Below are positions 15,630-23,049 of a stretch of DNA of 24,541 bases, in pieces (position 1 is the first letter of the stretch; every line of letters begins with the position of its first letter). The translations under genes and the position numbers were made by a program. The notes under the pieces are model-generated. The model saw only the letters and a program-made list of their open reading frames with translations, ran no database searches and was not told the origin of the DNA. Origin of the DNA: Candidatus Sigynarchaeum calidifontis (GTDB lineage Archaea > Asgardarchaeota > Lokiarchaeia > Sigyniarchaeales > Sigyniarchaeaceae); assembly GCA_030587475.2 (NCBI GenBank), contig JAUQYZ020000039.1, positions 1 through 24,541 of the forward strand. The letters run 5' to 3'.

Positions 15630-16628
15630 TCAATCGACGGGGGGCATGACCTGGTTGCGCTTGCCAGGCTCGGCGCTCATCCACTGCACGAAATCCCTAG
15701 AAGGCGGGTGATTCGTATAGAGGTCGGCACGCGCCGACTCGAGGAACGCGGGCTCGGTGCCCATGAAGCCAGCGGCGCTCGTTATCTCGTGGTCCCTAGC
15801 CGTGGTAGATCCCTTGGCCTCGCTCCGAACGGCCTTGACATATTTGTTGTACGAGCCTTGATCCCGGCAGCAGTGGTGGTCGAGCACGATCATCGGGATT
15901 GCCTCGTGCAGCTTCCGCAGCATACGCCGCGCAATGTCGAAGGGAAACGCCTTTAAACCCTCCTCGAGGTACATGGGCGGGCCGCCGACGAAGAGCACGT
16001 CCACGGGCGTATCCAGGATGAACTTGACCGTGTCCTCGACCGCTGGCCCTTGGACGTCGGGGGCAAAAACGAAACACTCGCCCGGGTACGAGACGCGGGC
16101 CATGATCACGTGCCCGAGTTTCGTGCCGGCCTCCCCGTGCGGCACGGGATAGCTGAAGTCGAGGGTCGTGTCACCGAACGTGAATCGCTGAAAATCGATA
16201 TCGTGGATGGTCGAGACCAGGCGCGAGACCGATTGCTTGAAATACCGGCATCGCGCCTCTTGGTTCCGCCCGATGTGATGCTTCTGGCTCTTGATGAAGA
16301 GTTCTTTCCCGCTGTAGAGTTCTTTCGTGAGCGCGTTGCTCGTGTGGATGTAGAGCTCGTCGAGCATGCGTGGCTTGTAGTGGTCGTGGTGATAGTGGGA
16401 GATCGAGAGGCAGGCGCACCGCTTCGATTCGAGCAAGATCCGGGCGGTGATCTCGTGTAACTTCTTGTATTCGAGGGGATGCGGGATTTCATTGGCTTTT
16501 CGCGGCCCGAGCGAGCAGCCGGGATCCATCAAGAACGAGATGTCCGGCGTGGTCACCTTGCAGCACATGCTCCGGACGCCCATGCTCTCCGCGCCGATAA
16601 TCTCGACCTTGATTTTGTCTAGAACCAT
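15630..16628 (-). CDS. UPF0282 family metallo-beta-lactamase-fold hydrolase
   Basis: AESMGVRSMC, DPGCSLGPR, SHYHHDH, PVPHG, DVQGP, GGPP, LDHH. Confidence 0.9.
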   Translation of the reverse strand: MVLDKIKVEIIGAESMGVRSMCCKVTTPDISFLMDPGCSLGPRKANEIPHPLEYKKLHEITARILLESKRCACLSISHYHHDHYKPRMLDELYIHTSNALTKELYSGKELFIKSQKHHIGRNQEARCRYFKQSVSRLVSTIHDIDFQRFTFGDTTLDFSYPVPHGEAGTKLGHVIMARVSYPGECFVFAPDVQGPAVEDTVKFILDTPVDVLFVGGPPMYLEEGLKAFPFDIARRMLRKLHEAIPMIVLDHHCCRDQGSYNKYVKAVRSEAKGSTTARDHEITSAAGFMGTEPAFLESARADLYTNHPPSRDFVQWMSAEPGKRNQVMPPVD

Positions 16629-16754
16629 TCTTTTTCACCAGGCATCCACGCTTCACGTCGAGCGTAACGGTGTGCCTAGAAAATTAAAAAACCTGGCCAG
16701 GATGGGATCGATCCACGTCTTTGGAACCGTGCTGAGACATACATATTCATAACT

Positions 16755-16815
16755 GGAAAACCTTAATATAAACGAGGGGGAATGATCATAATAACTATAG
16801 CTAGTTATTTGATCA
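16755..16815 (+). promoter_or_regulatory. BRE/TATA followed by a 33-bp palindromic operator
   Basis: GGAAAACC-TTAATATAAA at 16755-16772. Inverted repeat TGATCA(T)AATAACTA-tagc-TAGTTATTTGATCA at 16783-16815 covers the expected transcription start. Confidence 0.7.
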
Positions 16816-16846
16816 AATGTTCAGGTAGTGAGGTAAAACGCCAATA

Positions 16847-17263
16847 ATGAGCTTTTCGATCTCAGAAGAATTGAAAAAAATGATTCAATCACTGGTGGAG
16901 AAGAAGAAAGCATTCAAGAACCAATCGGGTTTCGTCCGCACTGCCTTGACACATTATATCAACAGCGCCGAAGCAAAAATTTCCGTCGAGGACGAAATCG
17001 AGGCAGCGGATTACCAAATAAGCGGCCAGGTCGTCCTCTCGTTCAAGAAGGGCGAAAACGAGCACAAGGTGCTCAAGGACATCTATAATTGCGAGGGCAA
17101 GTACACGGACAACATCGCCTCGTTTCAATTGGTCTCGACAGACACCAACACGCACTCGTGCATCTACACGTTCACCGGCAGCATCTTTGATTTCAGGAAA
17201 TTCGTTGATGATCTCGATTCCGTGCAGAATATAGAACAATTGCGGTACATCATCAGTGAATAG
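16847..17263 (+). CDS. CopG/NikR-family ribbon-helix-helix regulator with C-terminal ACT-like domain
   Basis: RHH pattern SFSISEELKKMIQSL…FKNQSGFVRTALTHYI. NikR-like length and C-domain topology. SD GTGAGGT. Confidence 0.8.
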   Translation: MSFSISEELKKMIQSLVEKKKAFKNQSGFVRTALTHYINSAEAKISVEDEIEAADYQISGQVVLSFKKGENEHKVLKDIYNCEGKYTDNIASFQLVSTDTNTHSCIYTFTGSIFDFRKFVDDLDSVQNIEQLRYIISE

Positions 17264-17524
17264 GCAATTCCATCCCGATTTTCTCGCCTGGTTTTTTCAC
17301 TTGCGCTAGTGATTGATTTCCATCAATCAAGTCACGATGAGCTCGAGAAAACGTGAATTTTCCCGTGATGGAAAGTCATCGCCCATTTCTCGGCGAAGAT
17401 TGGTTGATAGGCGACAACAAAGGAGGTTTGGATCATCGATATATCGAGCACTATGTCCAATTTTTCAGAAATTCGCGACTCTTGTCCCCTTAAATACCGA
17501 CGCGAGGGTATGAATGACCATCAA

Positions 17525-17558
17525 TACACGCATCCAACAACGCATCCTACACGCATCC
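17525..17558 (+). repeat. Three direct copies of ACGCATCC
   Basis: Copies at 17528, 17540 and 17551. The first and third extend to TACACGCATCC. Confidence 0.8.
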
Positions 17559-17635
17559 TTTACCTTTTTTCTCCCATCGAGGTGGAGAAACACCGAGCTC
17601 GTTTTTTTTCCCAACCTCCACCTTTCACATGAACC

Positions 17636-17662
17636 AACGGGGTTTTTCCCCGTTCCCTTTTT
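17636..17662. terminator. GC hairpin with T-tract in the convergent spacer
   Basis: AACGGGG-ttttt-CCCCGTT perfect 7-bp stem followed by CCCTTTTT. Confidence 0.4.
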
Positions 17663-17701
17663 CACACACGCAAGAGCGAGTTACTCGATAACGAAGGTCT
17701 T

Positions 17702-18403
17702 TTAAACGTCTTGCTTTTTCACGTTGTAGTACGTGATGTCCATCTGGCGGTCGACCACGGCGAGAATGAGATCTTGCCTGTTGTTCATGGCATAATCAGA
17801 TATTTCATGGAGCTTGGCTAGCGAGACGGGTTTTCCTTCAAAGATGCCGAAATAGATAAATTTTGCCGGTTCATCGCCTTTTTTGACGCCTTTCTTGTAA
17901 ACGCGGAAATGGGAAATGTCCTTGATGCCACGTCGGACGATGTACCCTCTCGTTTTCAAGTCACGATAGACGACGTATTTTTCCCAGAAATCGGGCACAT
18001 GATCTTGGAAATGTTTGAAAAGCGCCTCTGGAACCAGGAATCGTGGATCGCTTGCAAATGCTTCGATTCCCTTTTCGTCCCATTTTTGCTTGATCTCGGG
18101 TAGCATCGCCATGGCGGCTTCGATGCTCTTGTCCTTGACAGCGAGCAATCGGTTTCTTTCGGAAAAGATCAATATCTCCTCGGGATACAAGAAAAGCAAT
18201 TTGGTGGCATCGTCTATCTTCCCGAAATAGGATCGCTCGTGTAGCGTCTCGATCATCGATCGATCAACGACCAAGCCACCATCGTCTGAAAGAACGATGA
18301 AAACGGGATCCGGTCGCTTTTTTTCTTCCTCTGGCTGGTCAACATCGCTCCAGTCCTCCTCAGCACCCGCATCCTCGTCGTCATCGTGGTCGCGCATGAT
18401 CAT
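17702..18403 (-). CDS. tRNA-splicing endonuclease (EndA family), probable non-catalytic structural subunit
   Basis: LYPEE, KYVVYRDLKTRGYIV, FRVYKKG, LILAVVDRQMDITYY. The catalytic His and Lys positions are substituted. Confidence 0.88.
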   Translation of the reverse strand: MIMRDHDDDEDAGAEEDWSDVDQPEEEKKRPDPVFIVLSDDGGLVVDRSMIETLHERSYFGKIDDATKLLFLYPEEILIFSERNRLLAVKDKSIEAAMAMLPEIKQKWDEKGIEAFASDPRFLVPEALFKHFQDHVPDFWEKYVVYRDLKTRGYIVRRGIKDISHFRVYKKGVKKGDEPAKFIYFGIFEGKPVSLAKLHEISDYAMNNRQDLILAVVDRQMDITYYNVKKQDV

Positions 18404-18491
18404 GCCTCGTTAAGTCAATGTCCGACCTCACGCCAGACGCACCGACCAGCGGCGTCTATTATTATAGGAATGCCGTCTTGAATCTAAATGT

Positions 18492-19067
18492 ATGGATCTG
18501 CACGACTTCGAGACCGATTTGCTTGGCAAGCTACGTGATGCCCGCCGGCTCGTGGTGATCGGAATTGGCGCCGATCTTCGCGAGGATGATGCGGTGGGCA
18601 ACTTGCTTGCTCGCGAGCTCATTGCTGATATTGCTAATAACAATCATATCAGGGTCAATACCAATATTGAGCATTCTGTGGATGAATACTTGAAGATCGA
18701 TGGGGTTCTAATTTTAAACGCCTCGGTGGTGCCGGAGCAATACATCACGGTCGTGAAAGACTTCGGGCCAGATACCATCATCATCGTCGACGCTGCAGCG
18801 ATGGGGAACCAATCCTATCCGGGCGACTTAGCATTCGTCCGCACCGAAGAGCTCGATGCATCGACGTTCTCCACGCACACGATCTCACTACGATATTTCA
18901 TAGAGATATTGAACGTGTTCGGCTTGAAAGCCCGCATTTTCATCATCGGCATCCAGCCAGGGAAGATTGGCTATGGTGAGGGGTTGTCCCCGGCCGTGGC
19001 CGACACAAAGGTTTTTCTGAAGTCGTTGCTGCTCCGCTACCTGGAGCAGACTCTCTTGAAACCGTGA
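18492..19067 (+). CDS. hycI: Hydrogenase maturation endopeptidase, HycI type
   Basis: VIGIGxxLREDDAVG, VPE, IIVDAA, STHTISL, IGIQP…GEGLS. Confidence 0.85.
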   Translation: MDLHDFETDLLGKLRDARRLVVIGIGADLREDDAVGNLLARELIADIANNNHIRVNTNIEHSVDEYLKIDGVLILNASVVPEQYITVVKDFGPDTIIIVDAAAMGNQSYPGDLAFVRTEELDASTFSTHTISLRYFIEILNVFGLKARIFIIGIQPGKIGYGEGLSPAVADTKVFLKSLLLRYLEQTLLKP

Positions 19068-19073
19068 ACGAGC

Positions 19074-20120
19074 ATGCTTGAAAGGACAATTTCCTGGATC
19101 GATGATGGTCCAGACAAGAATTCGGTCTTGCTCATCGATCAGACGAAGCTACCCTTGGAATACACGCACGTGATCGTGAAAACTTGCGAGCGGATGGCAA
19201 AAGCGATCAAGATCATGGAGATCCGCGGGGCGCCCGCCATCGGCGCCGCTGCGGCGATGGGGATGGCCCTCGCGGCGCTCGAGTACAAGGGCCAGACGAA
19301 AGACGGGCTCATCAAGCACCTTGAACAAGCGAAACGGCTGCTCGACTCGCAGCGACCCACCGCCGTGAACCTCATGTGGGGAACGAAACGATTACTCGAC
19401 AAGGCCATCGCATCGAATGGGACAATCAGCGAGATCGTCAATGCTATGATCACCGAAGCTAAAGCAGTTGCAGATGAGGACGTGGAAATCAACAAGCGCA
19501 TCGGCAAGCATGGAAGCACGGTCATCAACGATGGCGATACGATCCTCACGCATTGCAACGCGGGGGCACTTGCGTGCGTCGGTTATGGCACGGCGCTCGG
19601 GGTCATCAGGGGAGCGATCGAGGCAGGCAAGAAAATCCAGGTCATCTCTGACGAGACCCGTCCCCGGTTACAAGGTGCAAGCCTTACTTGCTGGGAGCTC
19701 AAGCAAGATAACATTCCTGTCACGCAAATTGCGGACACGGAAGCTGGCTTGCTCATGCGGATGGGTAAAATCCAGAAAGTCGTGGTGGGAGCTGACAGGA
19801 TCGTGTCCGACGGCGTGTTCAACAAGATAGGGACGTACCAGGTAGCTATCATGGCCAAGTACCATCGGATCCCGTTCTACGTCGCTGCACCGGTCTCCAC
19901 CCTCGACCTGGCCAAGAAGATGGACGACGTCGAGATCGAGCAGCGCGACGAGTGGGAGGTCAAGACCGTGTTCAAGAAGGTGCAGCTATCCCCAGACGGC
20001 GTGCCGGCGATCAACTACGCGTTCGACGGGACGCCCATGGACCTCGTCACGGGCATCATTACAGAGGATGGCGTCTTCACCCCCGAGCGCCTGCTCGAGC
20101 GATACCGGCCAAGCAAATAG
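19074..20120 (+). CDS. mtnA: S-methyl-5-thioribose-1-phosphate isomerase (eIF2B-like family)
   Basis: DQTKLP, IRGAPAIG, RPTAVNL, THCNAGALA, GTALG, ETRPRLQG, GADRI, NKIGTY, AFDGTP. Confidence 0.93.
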   Translation: MLERTISWIDDGPDKNSVLLIDQTKLPLEYTHVIVKTCERMAKAIKIMEIRGAPAIGAAAAMGMALAALEYKGQTKDGLIKHLEQAKRLLDSQRPTAVNLMWGTKRLLDKAIASNGTISEIVNAMITEAKAVADEDVEINKRIGKHGSTVINDGDTILTHCNAGALACVGYGTALGVIRGAIEAGKKIQVISDETRPRLQGASLTCWELKQDNIPVTQIADTEAGLLMRMGKIQKVVVGADRIVSDGVFNKIGTYQVAIMAKYHRIPFYVAAPVSTLDLAKKMDDVEIEQRDEWEVKTVFKKVQLSPDGVPAINYAFDGTPMDLVTGIITEDGVFTPERLLERYRPSK

Positions 20121-20195
20121 CCGAAGGTCAGCTCTTGTACCGATTTTAATTCCACATCAATGCGTTTCTTCATCCTGTTGAATCACGATTGCTGG

Positions 20196-20212
20196 ATAAT
20201 CGCCGCGATTAT
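20196..20212. promoter_or_regulatory. Perfect 17-bp palindrome, candidate transcription-factor site
   Basis: ATAATCGC-C-GCGATTAT, ~55 bp upstream of the BRE/TATA-like GAAAAAAATTAATA (20263-20276). Confidence 0.45.
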
Positions 20213-20318
20213 GTATGAGGAACCGACGATCTGCAACCCGCGCGAAGAACACCCTGGACATTGAAAAAAATTAATATTCTACGGGGTCGAAGTAAGCATC
20301 GTCCAACGTTCTACGAAC

Positions 20319-20786
20319 ATGGTGAATGGGCTGGAAGCCATGGAAACCAGAAGATTCCAATCGAAAGATGCGAGCGACAAGGTCGCCATCACCGAAATTT
20401 TAAAGGATGAACTCGCGTTACACAAGGAAATTTTCGATGAAAAAGCTTGGGAAGACCATTTACGTCGCCGTGATAGTGATCTGCAAAGCCGCCTTGGCAC
20501 GATACTCGCCGTGGATGGAAGCACCGTCGCGGGTTTCGTGTTCACGGAAGTACGATACGAGACCAGCGGGGCTCCTTACGGCTATATTCATTTTCCCCTA
20601 GCTAAAAAGGAATACAAGACCAAGGTGGAAGAATTGCTCCTGCTCGAAGCGATCAAGTATCTGAAATCCCTCAAATTGAAGGTGTTTCGATCGCGGATAG
20701 CACCAGAGAACGCGATGGCGAAATCCGTTGTCATGAAATTGCATTTCAAACAATTCCAACTAGAATGGCAATTGCTGGAAGAATAG
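20319..20786 (+). CDS. GNAT-fold acetyltransferase-like protein
   Basis: Strand pattern ILAVDGSTVAGFV, GYIHFPLAKKEYK, LLLEAIKYLKS, ENAMAKS…KLHF. Start may be ATG 20340. Confidence 0.75.
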   Translation: MVNGLEAMETRRFQSKDASDKVAITEILKDELALHKEIFDEKAWEDHLRRRDSDLQSRLGTILAVDGSTVAGFVFTEVRYETSGAPYGYIHFPLAKKEYKTKVEELLLLEAIKYLKSLKLKVFRSRIAPENAMAKSVVMKLHFKQFQLEWQLLEE

Positions 20787-20845
20787 ACAAGCATTTATCC
20801 ATCAAATCATTTTTTATTGCATATATCTTATCGCGTGGTCCCGCC

Positions 20846-21544
20846 GTGTCAGACATCGGTCTTTCTATTGATCAAGTCGTCGTGTTCGACACCAACGGCA
20901 TTGCACTCTTCGTCAAGCAGTTCAAGGAAAGCAAATTGGACCAGAACTTGCTCACCGCGTTTTTTTCTGCCATCCGGCAATTCGCTTTGCACATGATGCA
21001 AGGCGAAATCCAAGGTATCAAGATAGGCAATGTCTTGTTAAACTTCAAAATAATCCCGATCGAGAAGGAAAACTTGGTGTTCCTCATGGTATCGACGGGT
21101 TTTTCAGAGGCGGGAGCATCGGATATCGCTGACAAGATGGCCGAGGACTTCGCCATCCACCTGGAGAATTATCTTGTTGAAAACAAGATTGACTTCACGG
21201 ATTTTCGGACGAAGATGCACGTGTACAGTCCCGCATTTATGGAATATTACACCCCGCTTTGCGAGGAACGGGTCAAGGACGTGAACAAGTTCGACACGGT
21301 CTCGCTCGATTTGCCAATCAAGGTGCCAATCACGCTATTGATGTTCATTTACGACTTCCTGTCGACACGGCCAGATCTCGCGAAAGCCTATGAAAATGGC
21401 GGCATAGACATCCTGCTCGAAGCCATTCAGAACTACGTGTCCTCCGATCGAGTTAAAAGAGACGTTGCTCAAAAATTCAAGGAACACCGGAAAGAACCAT
21501 CAGAAAAGCTATGGAACATCGAGGATTCCGCAAAAACCGTTTGA
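20846..21544 (+). CDS. Longin-like domain protein with a C-terminal RHH-like segment
   Basis: IDQVVVFDTNGIALF…LLTAFFSAIRQFA…IQGIKIG is the longin/roadblock pattern common in Asgard proteins. GTG 20846 is preferred over the track start 20765, which overlaps the GNAT gene; a TTTTTAT box lies at ~20811. Confidence 0.75.
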   Translation: MSDIGLSIDQVVVFDTNGIALFVKQFKESKLDQNLLTAFFSAIRQFALHMMQGEIQGIKIGNVLLNFKIIPIEKENLVFLMVSTGFSEAGASDIADKMAEDFAIHLENYLVENKIDFTDFRTKMHVYSPAFMEYYTPLCEERVKDVNKFDTVSLDLPIKVPITLLMFIYDFLSTRPDLAKAYENGGIDILLEAIQNYVSSDRVKRDVAQKFKEHRKEPSEKLWNIEDSAKTV

Positions 21545-21600
21545 TTCACCCTTCCCGTTCAAATTTCAATTATTAAACGTGTCAGAAGACAGGGTTGACC

Positions 21601-22311
21601 ATGTCGATTGAACAAGCGAAAAAACTGGCAGGTTATGCAGCCGTTGACAATCATGTGACGAGATCGGGCATGAAGATCGGCATCGGTAGCGGCTCCACGA
21701 TCGCTTACAGCGTCGAGCGCATCGGGGAAAAGTTGAAAAAGGGCGAGCTCAAGGACATCGTCGCCGTGTGCACGTCGTACCAGAGCACGATGCTTTGCAG
21801 GGCACAGAAAATACCCGTCACCACGCTGGATGACCCGGTGATAGATGGTTCTCTCGACGTGGCCATCGACGGGGCTGACGAGTTCGACGAGAAGCTCAAC
21901 TTGATCAAGGGCGGGGGCGGGGCACACACACAAGAAAAGATCGTGGATAGCACCGCGAAGTTTTTCGTCGTTGTCGTGGACGAAAAGAAGCAATCAAAGA
22001 AACTCGGAGAAAAATGGCCGGTGCCCGTGGAGGTCATCCCGACGGCATTGAACATCGTCATGCGAAAGCTCGCGTCGCTGGGTGCAAAGCCTGAACTACG
22101 CATGGGCGTGAAGAAAATGGGTCCCGTCATCACGGACAACGGTAATTTCATCATCGACGCGAAGCTGGGTATCATCGATGATCCCGCCGCCATGGAGAAG
22201 AAATTGAACGAGATCACGGGCGTGGTCGAGAACGGCATCTTTCCGAACATGGCGTCCATCATCTACATGGGAAAAAGCGACGGCTCGATCGACGTCTTCA
22301 AGAGGGCTTGA
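21601..22311 (+). CDS. rpiA: Ribose-5-phosphate isomerase A
   Basis: GIGSGST, DGADE, IKGGGGAHTQEK, PVEV, TDNGN, GVVENGIF. Confidence 0.97.
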   Translation: MSIEQAKKLAGYAAVDNHVTRSGMKIGIGSGSTIAYSVERIGEKLKKGELKDIVAVCTSYQSTMLCRAQKIPVTTLDDPVIDGSLDVAIDGADEFDEKLNLIKGGGGAHTQEKIVDSTAKFFVVVVDEKKQSKKLGEKWPVPVEVIPTALNIVMRKLASLGAKPELRMGVKKMGPVITDNGNFIIDAKLGIIDDPAAMEKKLNEITGVVENGIFPNMASIIYMGKSDGSIDVFKRA

Positions 22312-22344
22312 TCTTTTCCATTGATTGCCACCATGGGCGGAATC

Positions 22345-23049
22345 ATGAAGTTTTTCCTCCTTTTCGACACCACGCCTTTATCGCCGGAAGCTCCATTGAA
22401 GGCATTGACGTCCCAAGGATCGAGGCTGGACGTGGCGTGCCGGATGATTCGCGCTTGCGTGCTTGGCCCTGACGGGAACCCTTCGGGGCATTCAGTCTCT
22501 GCATGGTTCGCGAGCGGCGGAAACCAATCGCCAGCCGCGGCGCTCCACGTCGATGGGCGCGTGGTAAGCGCACCGGTGGTGCTCGCCCGATTTCACTCGG
22601 AGCTGGTACTCGCGCGCTACCTCAAGGAGCTGATCAAATCAACTTTGCGCGGGACAGGGGAACACAATGCCCCGGGCATCACGCTTCAATTGCTCGATAC
22701 TGCAACCGACGCTGCCAGTGCCTTTCTCGAATCCATCAAGCTTGAAAAGGAACTTGCAGGTAGAAAAGTCGTGCTTTTACTCGAACGAGGCACCCCGGTT
22801 CTCGATGCATCGCATCCTGGAATCCTTGTCTTCAAGAACATGCAAGACGATGGCACGGCCATCATCGTCGGTGACCACCACGGATTTCCCGCTCGCGTGG
22901 AAGAGAAACTGCTAGATATCTGCGATCACGTCGCTGCTATTAATGCTGCTGGTAGAACTGACAAGCTGCGAAGAGAGATATCATATCTAGGTTCGCACGC
23001 GATCGAGTTCTTGCAATTGTTCAATCATCAGTCTATAAGACGGGGATGA
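22345..23049 (+). CDS. trmY: tRNA (pseudouridine54-N1)-methyltransferase-like SPOUT protein, divergent
   Basis: GSRLDVACR, LLERG, IIVGDHHGF, SYLGSHAI match TrmY motifs. Start uncertain (22321/22333/22345). Confidence 0.7.
   Translation: MKFFLLFDTTPLSPEAPLKALTSQGSRLDVACRMIRACVLGPDGNPSGHSVSAWFASGGNQSPAAALHVDGRVVSAPVVLARFHSELVLARYLKELIKSTLRGTGEHNAPGITLQLLDTATDAASAFLESIKLEKELAGRKVVLLLERGTPVLDASHPGILVFKNMQDDGTAIIVGDHHGFPARVEEKLLDICDHVAAINAAGRTDKLRREISYLGSHAIEFLQLFNHQSIRRG

Noticed and set aside
6567-16752. Numerous 60-217 aa antisense or alternate-frame ORFs over the mannosidase, helicase and neighbours
   Set aside because: Shadow ORFs of GC3-rich genes with Arg/Ser/Pro-biased composition and no motifs.
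17367-17385. GGAAAGTC resembling RNase P RNA CR-I
   Set aside because: It is not GAGGAAAGTCC, and there is no matching P4 partner or CR-V downstream.
17525-17558. Mini-CRISPR interpretation of the triple repeat
   Set aside because: Repeats are 8-11 nt with 3-4 nt spacers and there are no cas genes.
19065-19076. hycI TGA is in frame with the mtnA ATG, suggesting Sec readthrough or fusion
   Set aside because: One-in-three chance. Both proteins are complete and the UGA is not at a Cys-type position.
19074-20120. Ribose-1,5-bisphosphate isomerase or eIF2B subunit call
   Set aside because: DQTKLP, THCNAGALA-GTALG and ETRPxLQG favour MtnA.
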